A stretch of DNA of 64,000 nucleotides, taken from assembly GCA_016177025.1 (NCBI GenBank), contig JACOWB010000008.1, positions 14,076-78,075 of the forward strand, given 5' to 3'. Shown in pieces: positions 28,641 through 38,437 of the stretch (positions are counted from its first letter, which is position 1; every line of letters begins with the position of its first letter). Below the pieces are notes generated by a model that was not told where the DNA came from, made no database searches, and saw only the letters and a list, made by a program, of their open reading frames with translations. A program made the position numbers and the translations under genes. The DNA is from Candidatus Aenigmatarchaeota archaeon. GTDB lineage: Archaea; Aenigmatarchaeota; Aenigmatarchaeia; CG10238-14; SCSR01.

Positions 28641-29057
28641 CTACTTTTCCATTCCCTTTTCAAACCATTTGAACGGAACAAGAATTATCAAGATTAGAAT
28701 CGTCGCTATTATTGCTGTCATAAAGTCGCCCAGACCTACAAGAATGCCGACAGCTGACAAGCTCCAAATTTCAGCCGCTGTTGTCAATCCCTTCACTCTG
28801 TCCCTGGCTTGGAATATAATTCCTGCACCGAGGAAACCGATGCCGGTTATAACCCCCTGAAGGACTCGTGAAAGGGCATCGCCGTTTTCGCCAACTAAAA
28901 TTGACCCCATTATCGTGAATAAGCATGCACCCAAAGCGACCAGTGAATGCGTTCTTAGGCCTGCAGGTTTCTTGTGCAGCTGACGTTCTGCCCCGATTAT
29001 AGCCCCCAATCCGGCAGATAACACAAGCTTAACTAGAATTTCTGTTTCTATGACCAT
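28641..29057 (-). CDS. MgtC/SapB-family membrane protein
   Basis: GAERQ..KPAGLRTH, GIGFLGAG, GLTTAA. Confidence 0.9.
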   Translation of the reverse strand: MVIETEILVKLVLSAGLGAIIGAERQLHKKPAGLRTHSLVALGACLFTIMGSILVGENGDALSRVLQGVITGIGFLGAGIIFQARDRVKGLTTAAEIWSLSAVGILVGLGDFMTAIIATILILIILVPFKWFEKGMEK

Positions 29058-29136
29058 TTATTCTAATATAGAATTTGTTTTATAAATTGTTTTAGAGTCA
29101 ATCATAATATTAAGTTGGGATAAGAAATGGTATTGT

Positions 29137-29301
29137 ATGGTAAAGGTATTGAAAATTAAAAATAAGAAAGTTTTTGCGTGCGAAATCTGCGGGTTTGGCT
29201 ACAAGGATAAAGCTACAGCACAATCATGCCAAAACTGGTGCAGTGAAAGTCCGAGCTGCAATCTGCAGATAACAAAGAAAGCAGTTTATTTCCCAAAATG
29301 A
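29137..29301 (+). CDS. Small Cys-rich zinc-finger-like protein (54 aa)
   Basis: FACEICGFGYKDKATAQSCQNWC....SCNLQITKKA; not in the ORF track. Confidence 0.7.
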   Translation: MVKVLKIKNKKVFACEICGFGYKDKATAQSCQNWCSESPSCNLQITKKAVYFPK

Positions 29302-29374
29302 GTTAAAATACTTTTAAGAGCTTAAACACAAGTTATATCTTACTTAATAATTATAAGATGTAAGAGGTTAGAAA

Positions 29375-29620
29375 ATGGTTAAAGTTCAGTTGGTCTACAC
29401 CAAACAGTGCGTTTATTGCCCCAGCACGAAAGCAATGTTCAAGGACTTGAAAAAACAGTACAAGTTCGATTACGAGGAAATAGATGCCATGTCTCCTGAA
29501 GGACAGAAGATGGTAGCTAAATATTCGATAATGTCTGTACCGACAATAATTGTTGATAACCGAGTCCAGTGGGTTGGCGTGCCTCAAAAAGATAAAGTCA
29601 TTGCTGTTGTAGGTAAGTAA
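29375..29620 (+). CDS. Thioredoxin/glutaredoxin-like protein
   Basis: CVYCP, SVPTIIV, GVP; GAGGT RBS. Confidence 0.85.
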   Translation: MVKVQLVYTKQCVYCPSTKAMFKDLKKQYKFDYEEIDAMSPEGQKMVAKYSIMSVPTIIVDNRVQWVGVPQKDKVIAVVGK

Positions 29621-29621
29621 C

Positions 29622-29759
29622 ATGCTTAATGAAGACGAAGAAAGTCTTGCTGGGAAATATACAGAATTAATCTTTGCGTGTGCCGTTTGCAAGAAAGTTT
29701 ACAAGAAGCCCGGTATATGCAGGACATGTGATGAAATGCTAAAACCGAAAGGTGGTTAA
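29622..29759 (+). CDS. 45-aa zinc-ribbon/heavy-metal-binding microprotein
   Basis: CAVC...KKPGICRTC..ML, ends GG; fills the gap between trx and trxB; not in the ORF track. Confidence 0.65.
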   Translation: MLNEDEESLAGKYTELIFACAVCKKVYKKPGICRTCDEMLKPKGG

Positions 29760-30762
29760 TTTTCCTGAAGAGATGTATGATACAATTGTCATCGGTGGAG
29801 CGGCTGCCTCGTTAACTGCTGCAATCTATGCTGCTAGAAGGGCGATGAAAACTTTGGTTATAGCCAAGAGCATTGGCGGACAGGCTGCGATGACAGATGT
29901 CATAGAAAATTATCCTGGATTCTTGTCTATTGGTGGGATCCCTTTGATGAACAAAATGCTGAAGCAGGCGATGAAAGCTGGTGCTGAAGTTATTTACGAA
30001 GAAGTGAACGCTATAGAGGAAATTCCTAATGGCAATAACGGAAAACCATTGTTTAATGTTAAGACAGTTTCCGATAATAACTACAAGACAAAAACTGTTA
30101 TGTTAACTTATGGTAAGACGCCGAGAACCTTAGACGTTCCAGGTGAAGGCGAATTCGGAGCGAAGGGTGTATCTTACTGCGTTACATGTGACGGACCATT
30201 ATTCAAAGGTAAGAAAGTTGTTGTAGTTGGCGGAGGCAATTCTGCATTGGAAGGTGCTGAATATCTTAGCAAGATTTGCCCTAAAGTTTACCTGATTCAT
30301 CGCAGGGATCAGTTTCGTGGATTTGAGTATTTGGTTGAAGAAGTGAAAAGCAGAAAGAATGTCGAAATTTTGTACAATTCTGTTGTAAAAGAAATTAAAG
30401 GTGAACACATAGTCCATTCTGTTGTTGTGCAGAATGTTGTTAATAATGAAACGAAAGAAATACCTGTTTCTGGTGTGTTTGTTGAGATTGGTTCTGTGAC
30501 CAAGACTGATTTCATCAAGCATCTTGTTAAGCTGGATCAATTAGGACAAGTTCTTACTACTAACAATGCTGAGACGTATTATCCTGATAATGAGAAGATC
30601 AGACCTGGGATTTTTGCAGCTGGAGATATAACACAGACGCCGTTCAAACAGATTGTCGTTTCTGCAGGTGAGGGATGTAAAGCTGCACTACAGGCGTATA
30701 ATTATCTTGCCGGGCAGCATCCTACTTTTGTCGCTGATTGGGTTGCGAAGAAGAAACATTAA
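29752..30762 (+). CDS. trxB: Thioredoxin-disulfide reductase
   Basis: IENYPG, GVSYCVTCDG, GGGNSA, IHRR, FAAGD. Confidence 0.93.
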   Translation: MVNFPEEMYDTIVIGGAAASLTAAIYAARRAMKTLVIAKSIGGQAAMTDVIENYPGFLSIGGIPLMNKMLKQAMKAGAEVIYEEVNAIEEIPNGNNGKPLFNVKTVSDNNYKTKTVMLTYGKTPRTLDVPGEGEFGAKGVSYCVTCDGPLFKGKKVVVVGGGNSALEGAEYLSKICPKVYLIHRRDQFRGFEYLVEEVKSRKNVEILYNSVVKEIKGEHIVHSVVVQNVVNNETKEIPVSGVFVEIGSVTKTDFIKHLVKLDQLGQVLTTNNAETYYPDNEKIRPGIFAAGDITQTPFKQIVVSAGEGCKAALQAYNYLAGQHPTFVADWVAKKKH

Positions 30763-31469
30763 ATTTCAATGTATTTTTCAATTCTAAGTTTTTTTGCCAT
30801 ATCTTTCGTGACAATCGCATAATATTTGGTCGGTCTTTCAATCACACCCCACTGTTTCTTATAAGATTCATCACCAACCTCAAGATCATAGTATTTAATT
30901 TTTCTATTTATCGCCTGTTCGATATCCTTCTTCAACAGGAAAGTCGGCACGGACCTGTTTTTGTATTTCCTATTCCACCAACATCCAAAGTAATAGATTG
31001 TATTTCTTTCTTGCATCGCGATGTGGACTGCAATCAATTCTTTTCTAAAATATGCACTAAGCGTGTAGCATTTCTGCTTCCATAACTCCAATCTCCTTTT
31101 AAAATCCTTTTTATTTTCTTTCCAAAGTTCAAGAAACCATTTCTTGCTTTTATCCAAAGCGTCCTTCTCATTCCAGACAAGCTTTAAATCGGCATTCTTT
31201 TTCTCTACTCGTCTCAAATCTTTTTTCAGATCTTTATCTATCGTTAGTTCGTCGAAACTTTTTGGGACTTGTATTATGTTTGTGTAATTTGATTTGTCAT
31301 TCGAAACGAAACCTATAGGGCAATCTGGATGTATTTCGCTAACATAGAAAGGCCTGGGTAGAGTTTTCAAATCCTTTTTGTCTAGCCATGCATATGGAAC
31401 AAACCAAACGTCTCTTAATGTCCAATAAAATAACTTTGTTCCCTGTATATACTCTTTAACAAACTCCAT
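30759..31469 (-). CDS. GNAT-superfamily protein (FemAB/Acetyltransf_6-like)
   Basis: KKDLRR, YYDLEVGDESYKKQWG C-terminal motif. Confidence 0.65.
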   Translation of the reverse strand: MEFVKEYIQGTKLFYWTLRDVWFVPYAWLDKKDLKTLPRPFYVSEIHPDCPIGFVSNDKSNYTNIIQVPKSFDELTIDKDLKKDLRRVEKKNADLKLVWNEKDALDKSKKWFLELWKENKKDFKRRLELWKQKCYTLSAYFRKELIAVHIAMQERNTIYYFGCWWNRKYKNRSVPTFLLKKDIEQAINRKIKYYDLEVGDESYKKQWGVIERPTKYYAIVTKDMAKKLRIEKYIEI

Positions 31470-31895
31470 TTAATGTTCTCCTTGCTTATGCCAGTCCCAA
31501 AAAACTTCAAGTTCGTGAGCTCTCCAATTGCCACCTATGCTTTTGAGATATTCCTTTTCCTTCTGCGTTGCAACAACATGCGCCTCTTCATCGAGTTTCA
31601 AACCAAACTTCTCGACCAAAAACTTCTCAATCACCTCATGCACGCACAATGCTTTAAACGATTTTTCCCTGTCTGCTTCGCTGAAAGTCTTATCGATGAA
31701 GACTTCTTTCATCTTCCTGCTCCATTCTGCAACATGATCTTCCTTTTTGATTGTGAATTTGTCGGCTATTCGACGGCCAAAAAAATCAAGTGAGATCTTC
31801 CTGCCTGAAAATTTCACACCGCTAACAGGGGACTTTAGAAGAACCCTCATAAAAGTTTGACGCAGTGTTTCAAGCCGCTTATTAGCCTTTTTCAT
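31470..31895 (-). CDS. Hypothetical protein with HExxE...H..A...E metal-binding motif
   Basis: VHEVIE, EAHVVATQKE. Confidence 0.6.
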   Translation of the reverse strand: MKKANKRLETLRQTFMRVLLKSPVSGVKFSGRKISLDFFGRRIADKFTIKKEDHVAEWSRKMKEVFIDKTFSEADREKSFKALCVHEVIEKFLVEKFGLKLDEEAHVVATQKEKEYLKSIGGNWRAHELEVFWDWHKQGEH

Positions 31896-31919
31896 AATTA
31901 AATCTAGTTTTTTATCTAT

Positions 31920-33056
31920 TCATTTCTTCGGTTTTCTTTTCCATTCTTCAGCCATTTTGATTCTTTTGATTGTCGAAGGGTGTGAAAGCAGCCAGAATTC
32001 TGTCAACGGGTGCACTTTTAACTCGGCTAAATGAAGATCAGCGAGCCTTTTTTCAAGCGAGACTTGTGCTACAGGTTTTCTGACATGCTTTAATGCAAAT
32101 TCATCTGCCTGTGATTCTCTCCACCGAGAATGCGCATTTACTAGTGGCATTAATAAGAATGCCAGTGCGCCGTTAATCATCCCTATCAAAGGCAATGATG
32201 CCAAATCGCCTATGCCTTGTATACTTAACATCGGCGCGAATACACCAACTAGATAATCTATAATAAAAAATGCTGGAAAGACTATGATTGCTTCTAGAAT
32301 CAATCCTCGTATTATGTCTTTGTTTATATAATGCCCCAATTCATGGCCGACCACCGCCTCTACCTCGTCTTTGGTGAAATCGTTCAACAAATTATCAAAC
32401 AGCGCTATTTTCTGTTGGTTACCGATCCCGTAAAAGAATGCATTGGGCCTTACAGTCTTTTCACTTTCCTTGATTACGAAAACATTCCTTATTTTTGCCA
32501 CCCCCAGCTTTCTGCAGAGGTTGAGAATTTTTTGTTTCATTGCCTTGTCCGTATACGGCTCTGTTTTCCACATGAAAGGAACTATAATCAACGGGTAGAC
32601 GTAGTTCATGATTAGTGAGAAGATGATGTAAAATATCCCGGCGAATATCCACCATAACGAAAATGTTCTTATCGAGAAATAAAGAAACCATATCATGATT
32701 AGCGAAAGTATGTAAGAGATCAGATTCCCTTTCAGATAGTCCTTGAACCAGCCTGAAAGTTTGTATCGTGCGAGCTTGAACTTGTGGTCGTAGACGAAAG
32801 TGGAATAAAGTGCAACTGGAAATCCTGTGATGGTGAATATTGACAATATCAAGAAACCGTAAAACAGAGTTGGAAGAGGGTATTGAAGAACAAATTCTCT
32901 AATTGTGATGTTTAATCCGCTGAATAGAACGGTCAGGCCTGTTACCAACGAGATCAACAAGCTGAGAAAATAAAACAGTAACTTGCCCCTGCGATAGCTC
33001 TTGGCAATCCTTCTCTTCTTCGGGTCAAATTCGTACGGGTATTTTATCCTTGGCAT
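31920..33056 (-). CDS. M48 (Ste24/HtpX) membrane zinc metalloprotease
   Basis: Multiple TMs, PNAFFYG, HELGH, ESQADEFA, SHP...RI. Confidence 0.9.
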   Translation of the reverse strand: MPRIKYPYEFDPKKRRIAKSYRRGKLLFYFLSLLISLVTGLTVLFSGLNITIREFVLQYPLPTLFYGFLILSIFTITGFPVALYSTFVYDHKFKLARYKLSGWFKDYLKGNLISYILSLIMIWFLYFSIRTFSLWWIFAGIFYIIFSLIMNYVYPLIIVPFMWKTEPYTDKAMKQKILNLCRKLGVAKIRNVFVIKESEKTVRPNAFFYGIGNQQKIALFDNLLNDFTKDEVEAVVGHELGHYINKDIIRGLILEAIIVFPAFFIIDYLVGVFAPMLSIQGIGDLASLPLIGMINGALAFLLMPLVNAHSRWRESQADEFALKHVRKPVAQVSLEKRLADLHLAELKVHPLTEFWLLSHPSTIKRIKMAEEWKRKPKK

Positions 33057-33123
33057 ACAACCACTAAAAGTTCTTTTAAAAATTAAATAGGAAGCTTTTA
33101 CGTAAATAATAATAGTAATCATT

Positions 33124-34257
33124 ATGGAACTTGAAAACTTTGTCGATGAGTTTGGACCTGAGTATGTGATTGAAGTTCATGATAAGAAGATTGGACTGAA
33201 AGGTGTTTTGATAATAGATTCGACGGCTTTAGGACCGGGAAAAGGCGGTATCCGGATGACACCCACTGTTGACGTAACAGAAGTTTTTAGACTGGCAAGA
33301 ACAATGACATGGAAGAATGCTCTTGCCGAACTACCGTTTGGGGGGGCTAAAGCGGGAATTAAAGCGTCGTCCGAGAATATCAAAAATAAAGAACGTAAGA
33401 AAGCCCTGATACAAGCTTTTTCGAAAGCATTGAAACCTGTTGTGCCAAAGCTGTATGTAGCAGGCCCTGATGTCAACACCGGAGAGGAGGAAATGAAATG
33501 GTTTTTCGAGGCTAATGGTGACTGGAGAGCATGCACTGGGAAGCCTGCGAATGTTTGCATGAAACTTTTCGGTAAAGGTAGTAAAAAATGTGGTATTCCA
33601 CATGAATATGGTTCCACGGGATTCGGTGTCGCGCATGCTACTGCTGTTGCGACGAGACATATCGGATTGGAAATTAAAGATGCTACGATTGCGATAGAAG
33701 GATTCGGTAATGTGGGCACTTTTGCTTTCCAACACCTGTCAGATTTTGGTGCGAAGATTGTTGCTGTTAGTGACAGTAAAGGTGTGATTTACAATGAAAA
33801 TGGCTTGGATGTCAAAAAATTGTATGGTGTCAAACAGAAAACTGGAAGTGTGGTTAATTACAAATCTGGGAAAGTCCTTCCTAATAAGGAGATTTTTGAA
33901 TTGCCTGTTGATGTTGTGATTCCTGGCGCTTTGCCTGATGTGATAACAAAAGACAATGTAGACAAAATTAAGGCGAAGATTGTTGTGGAAGCAGCAAATA
34001 TCCCAACCACACCTGAGATGGAGGGTATATTACATAGGAAAGGGATTTTGGTAGTTCCTGATTTTGTCGCTAATGCAGGTGGTGTGATTTCTTCGTATGC
34101 AGAATATCGGGGGCACAATCCTAAGAAGATGTTCGAACTTGTGGAGAAGAAGATTAAGAGGAATGTGAAGATTGTTTTGGAGAGAGCTGAGAAAGAGAAT
34201 GTGAAGCCGAGAGATGCGGCATTAAAGATTGCACAGGAAAGAGTAAGAAAAGGTTAA
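33124..34257 (+). CDS. gdhA: Glu/Leu/Phe/Val dehydrogenase (glutamate dehydrogenase type)
   Basis: GPGKGGIR, MTWKNA, GGAKAG, GPDVNT, GFGNVG, EAAN, PDFVANAGGV. Confidence 0.9.
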   Translation: MELENFVDEFGPEYVIEVHDKKIGLKGVLIIDSTALGPGKGGIRMTPTVDVTEVFRLARTMTWKNALAELPFGGAKAGIKASSENIKNKERKKALIQAFSKALKPVVPKLYVAGPDVNTGEEEMKWFFEANGDWRACTGKPANVCMKLFGKGSKKCGIPHEYGSTGFGVAHATAVATRHIGLEIKDATIAIEGFGNVGTFAFQHLSDFGAKIVAVSDSKGVIYNENGLDVKKLYGVKQKTGSVVNYKSGKVLPNKEIFELPVDVVIPGALPDVITKDNVDKIKAKIVVEAANIPTTPEMEGILHRKGILVVPDFVANAGGVISSYAEYRGHNPKKMFELVEKKIKRNVKIVLERAEKENVKPRDAALKIAQERVRKG

Positions 34258-34877
34258 TTCGTCGCAATTCGTGCATCGACTATTTTAATTTCCTTTCCAT
34301 TTGTCATTAACGGATTGATGTCCAATTCTTCTATTTTTTTATATTTTTGTGGTAGTTTTGAGACTTTGACAAGAATTTGTTTTAATAGCTTGGTATTAAC
34401 TGGCTTCTGCCCCCTAGTTCCTGTGATTAACCATTGATTTTTCAAGTCAGACAACATACCTTTTGCGTCATTTTCGTCTATAGGACAAATTCTGAATGTC
34501 ACATCTTTTAGTGACTCTACAAAAATACCTCCTGCACCGAACATTATCACATGATCAAATGTAGGATCTTTTTTGATTCCTATTATAAACTCTCTTCCTT
34601 TAACATATTCTTGGATCAAAATTCCTGTTAGCTTCATTTTTTTTGTTTTGGTTGATTTCATAAAGTTGTTGAAAGAATCTTGAGCTTCTTTAGAACTATT
34701 GGCTGTCTTTATACCATCGATGTCTGTTTTGTGTACAGCTTGCGGAGAGATTATTTTCATTACTACAGGGTACTTTTTAATTTTTAACAATTCTTTGGCA
34801 TCTTTTATCAAAAAACTCTTGGCAAGTGGGAGTCCCTTAAGGAATTTTTCGGCGTCTTTGCCTAGGAAAACTTTCAT
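34254..34877 (-). CDS. acdB: ADP-forming acetate/acyl-CoA ligase beta subunit (ATP-grasp)
   Basis: YPVVMKI.S...HKTD, GAGGIFVE, ELDINP, VDARI. Confidence 0.9.
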   Translation of the reverse strand: MKVFLGKDAEKFLKGLPLAKSFLIKDAKELLKIKKYPVVMKIISPQAVHKTDIDGIKTANSSKEAQDSFNNFMKSTKTKKMKLTGILIQEYVKGREFIIGIKKDPTFDHVIMFGAGGIFVESLKDVTFRICPIDENDAKGMLSDLKNQWLITGTRGQKPVNTKLLKQILVKVSKLPQKYKKIEELDINPLMTNGKEIKIVDARIATN

Positions 34878-34899
34878 ATTCTTATTTTATTTTCAATTA

Positions 34900-36249
34900 T
34901 TAAATTGCAATTCTATACTGCATATGGTCGATACCTAGTGTTTTAAGCAATTTGCTATAATGGTATTCACTAATACCTAAATCTGAGGATGACCTTCGTA
35001 TGAAACCTCTATTAGCTCTTAAATTTGCTTTTATAATGTCTGTTAGTTCCTCATCGGAAATCAAACCGTATCTTTTCATATACAATAACAATTCACCATC
35101 TGTCAAGCACAGCACTTCGGCCGTTTTTCTTCTATCTCCATCAAATCTAATTAAGTTGTCGGTAACAGCCTGCTCTCTTTGCTCTCTATATTCGATATCT
35201 TTGAGTCTCCCCTCAAAAACTTGAGGTTCAACATACTCCCTCTTTTCAGCCTCGCTTATTACTGCTTTTAAAAGCCGAGGACGCAATGACCTGTGCCTTT
35301 TTAGGCGATCCATATATCTAGTTAAAATAGAGGGCGTGAATCTGAATAAGTCACGATGTCTTTCCAATAAATCAATTATGGTGTCGCGGTATAACCACAC
35401 TCTGGCTGATGATAATCTTGAAGATTGTGTATTACTAGGATAAATCCTGAGATCTCTGTCAGAGTCTATGTCAACATCCGGTAGTGCATGTTGTAACAAT
35501 TCAATAGTTTGTTTTCCCTCACTTTCTGCATGTGTTCTATCATTCTTTTTTGGTAAGTCTATATACCATTGATACCCTCTTTCTCTGTTAATAATAAGCT
35601 TTGTGGCGAAAAGTATGGTAGTGAAATCAAACAAAAGTTTTCTTGCAGTCTGTTTATCTCCACCATGTAAAACACCAGAATTTTGCCAGTTTATAAGGTT
35701 TTGAATGTAGGGTGGGAGTTTCAACTCAGCATCAATATCCATCTGTCGGTTGTTCACCTCAAGAAGATTAAGGACTCTTCCGAAAAGAGCACCTATACCG
35801 TTCCCTTTTAAAGAGACTCCGTATAGTCTAGTATCATATTCCCCCATAATACCAAGCGGTGCAAGTTCTTCCATGAAAAACTCCAACTCCAGTGGTCCCC
35901 CATATAAAACAGGTCTGAATTTTTGAATATCGCAACGACCACTATAAGTGACCCATGCAGCCAGCATGTTTATCGGGGGAAATCTGTTATTGACATAACT
36001 TAAAGGAAATAATTCTAATCTATTAGCAATATTCGTCGCTTTGATAGAATCAGGAATTTTTTCTCCTTTTCTCCAATACCTAACAATGCTGGAACTTGTA
36101 TTATGTCGATCTGCAATAGCAGTACTTTTAGCATCTGTCGACACTGCCTCGACGTAGGCATTGTAGTAACTAGAACCAAATCTGTAGGTATTCAGAAATT
36201 CTTCTAAGCTCACTAACGTCTCCTGTTCAAGACTAACTCTTGGTTTCAT
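34900..36249 (-). CDS. Orphan DNA-binding protein: N-terminal HTH, central domain, two C-terminal Fis-like HTH repeats
   Basis: STAIADRHNTSSSIVRYW; GDRRKTAEVLCL..L...MKRYGL and GFIRRSSSDLGIS...LLKTLGI. Confidence 0.6.
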   Translation of the reverse strand: MKPRVSLEQETLVSLEEFLNTYRFGSSYYNAYVEAVSTDAKSTAIADRHNTSSSIVRYWRKGEKIPDSIKATNIANRLELFPLSYVNNRFPPINMLAAWVTYSGRCDIQKFRPVLYGGPLELEFFMEELAPLGIMGEYDTRLYGVSLKGNGIGALFGRVLNLLEVNNRQMDIDAELKLPPYIQNLINWQNSGVLHGGDKQTARKLLFDFTTILFATKLIINRERGYQWYIDLPKKNDRTHAESEGKQTIELLQHALPDVDIDSDRDLRIYPSNTQSSRLSSARVWLYRDTIIDLLERHRDLFRFTPSILTRYMDRLKRHRSLRPRLLKAVISEAEKREYVEPQVFEGRLKDIEYREQREQAVTDNLIRFDGDRRKTAEVLCLTDGELLLYMKRYGLISDEELTDIIKANLRANRGFIRRSSSDLGISEYHYSKLLKTLGIDHMQYRIAI

Positions 36250-36339
36250 AACTATCGATAAAACCGTATAGATTTAAAACTAATGTTTTTAGCTTTGCTT
36301 TTTGGAAAAACTTAAGCCCAGAAAGACAAAATAACTATT

Positions 36340-37704
36340 ATGGACCTGGATAGTTTTTTCAATGCTCAGAGTATAGCTATCATCGGCGTTTCAAGAGATT
36401 CGAACAAGGTCGGGCATGTGATTTTCAGGAACTTTGTCGACGGCGGCTATCAGGGGAAGATATTTGCTGTGAATCCCAATGCCGAGAGTATCTTGAATTA
36501 CCGTTCGTATGCTTCTGTTTCGGATATACAGGAGAATGTCAATCTGGCAATTGTGGCTGTCCCTGCAGAGGCGGTTCCTAAGGTCTTGGAGGAATGTGGT
36601 AGAAAGAAGATTCAGAACGTGATAATCGACAGTGCCGGATTTAAGGAAGTTGGCAACTACAAGCTGGAAAAGAAACTAGAAGATACGATTAAAAGATACA
36701 AGCTCAGAGTTATCGGACCCAATGCTCTTGGTGTATACGATGCTTACAGTAAAATCGACTCATTGTTCTTGCCGAGATTCAGGATGAGCAGACCGAAGGA
36801 GGGTGTGATATCTTTCGTGTGCCAATCGGGTGCTATCGGCTCATCAGTTGTTGATTTAGCTACTGCTGAAGGATATGGATTCGCCAAATTCATAAGTTAT
36901 GGCAACGCTGTTGATGTTGATGAATCGGATTTGATTGAATATCTTGGCAATGACGAGAAGACCAAAGTTATCTGCCTGTATATCGAAGCTGTGAAGGATG
37001 GAAGGAGATTTTTGGAGGTATGCAAGAAAGTTTCAAAGAAAAAACCTATTATCGCGATTAAAGGCGGTGTGACGGAAGCCGGTGCCAAGGCGACATTATC
37101 TCATACAGGCTCTCTTGCTGGAAGTGCTGAGATCTATTTTGGAGCTTTCAAACAAGCCGGAATAATTCATGCGGAGAATTTGGAGGACATGTTTGATTTT
37201 GCGAAGATTTTAGAGAAATGCATTCCGCCGAAAGGCGGAAACGTTCAGATAATAACCAATGGCGGTGGATATGGTATACTGGCTGTAGATGCGATGGTTA
37301 AAAATGGCATGGCACTTTCTGACCTCTCAAAAGAGACCAAAAAAGAATTAAGGAAACAACTACCGCCGATAATCAACATAGAGAATCCGTTGGACTTGGT
37401 TGGCGACGCTACTTCTGCAAGATACAAGCTCTGCATAGACGCGTGCATGAAGGATAGGAATGTAGATGTTCTGTTGATAATAGTTTTGGTCCAGACACCG
37501 CTGATAGCAACAGATATAGTGGATGTCTTGGTGGAGGCGAACGATTCGAAGAAGAAACCCATTATAGTCGTGTCAGCTGGCGGGGAGTATACAGAAGTTA
37601 TGCGGAAGAACCTTGAACAGAATGGAATACCGACTTATACTTACCCAGAGGATGCTGTGAGGTCTGTGCAGCAGTTGGTAAAGTATTATAAAAATAATCT
37701 GTGA
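36340..37704 (+). CDS. acdA: ADP-forming acetate/acyl-CoA ligase alpha subunit
   Basis: CoA-binding IAIIGVS..KVG, IGPN, QSGA, SHTGSLAG phospho-His, TNGGG, NPLDL. Confidence 0.93.
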   Translation: MDLDSFFNAQSIAIIGVSRDSNKVGHVIFRNFVDGGYQGKIFAVNPNAESILNYRSYASVSDIQENVNLAIVAVPAEAVPKVLEECGRKKIQNVIIDSAGFKEVGNYKLEKKLEDTIKRYKLRVIGPNALGVYDAYSKIDSLFLPRFRMSRPKEGVISFVCQSGAIGSSVVDLATAEGYGFAKFISYGNAVDVDESDLIEYLGNDEKTKVICLYIEAVKDGRRFLEVCKKVSKKKPIIAIKGGVTEAGAKATLSHTGSLAGSAEIYFGAFKQAGIIHAENLEDMFDFAKILEKCIPPKGGNVQIITNGGGYGILAVDAMVKNGMALSDLSKETKKELRKQLPPIINIENPLDLVGDATSARYKLCIDACMKDRNVDVLLIIVLVQTPLIATDIVDVLVEANDSKKKPIIVVSAGGEYTEVMRKNLEQNGIPTYTYPEDAVRSVQQLVKYYKNNL

Positions 37705-37708
37705 TTCT

Positions 37709-38089
37709 ATGCTAGATAGAGATGTGATTAAAGAAGAATATGGAATCGATGGGGATAGAATTGATCGTGTGAAAGTTGCAATTCTGCACGGAATAGAAAA
37801 TTTCCTTTATAATGCCGGACATTTCTCAATATTTGGAGTGGACAGGTTTGGCGTAAAATATAGGGATGTGGAAAGATTTGTTGATAAGGGCATGGGTACT
37901 AAAAGGATTGATGGGTATATGGTTGATTTTGAAGTCAATGGTTCTGTTGTATACAGTACAGATGCGTTAGACCTTGTTTTTGCTATAGAAGAGCTTAGTG
38001 ATGAAAGATTAATCGAACCGTGCAGAGGTAGAAAAATGAACATGATTGGATTAACTGCAAGCGGCTATTTTTATTTAAGAAGAAATTAA
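37709..38089 (+). CDS. Hypothetical protein (possible winged helix)
   Basis: 126-aa ORF 4 bp after acdA; LSDERLIE...IGLTASG wing-like end. Confidence 0.55.
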   Translation: MLDRDVIKEEYGIDGDRIDRVKVAILHGIENFLYNAGHFSIFGVDRFGVKYRDVERFVDKGMGTKRIDGYMVDFEVNGSVVYSTDALDLVFAIEELSDERLIEPCRGRKMNMIGLTASGYFYLRRN

Positions 38090-38142
38090 ACTGTTAAACA
38101 GAAAATTTAAATTAAAAAGATGCTATATAGATTAAGATTGTT

Positions 38143-38409
38143 ATGGCTGACGACCTTTTGAAATTTGAAGGTACTGAATGCGTTCATTGCCACAGAATGG
38201 ATCCATTGGACGAGAAATTGGAGAAGGAGTTCAAGGTTAAGATAAAAAGGATTGAGGTGTGGCACAATGCAAAGAATGCTGCACTACTGGAGCAATATGA
38301 TAAGGGGTTCTGCGGTGGAGTGCCGTTTTACTTTAATACTAAAACAGGAAAATGGATTTGCGGGGAAGTCGATTACGAAACCTTGAAGAAGTGGGCATTG
38401 GGAAAGTAA
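38143..38409 (+). CDS. Thioredoxin-fold protein
   Basis: CVHC, CGGVPFY. Confidence 0.8.
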   Translation: MADDLLKFEGTECVHCHRMDPLDEKLEKEFKVKIKRIEVWHNAKNAALLEQYDKGFCGGVPFYFNTKTGKWICGEVDYETLKKWALGK

Positions 38410-38437
38410 TTTAAACTAGCCATGCCATCTGATAAAA

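Noticed and set aside
29622-29759. C-terminal GG as a ubiquitin-like (SAMP) modifier
   Set aside because: The protein is a 45-aa Cys knuckle, too short for a beta-grasp fold, and no E1-like gene is nearby.
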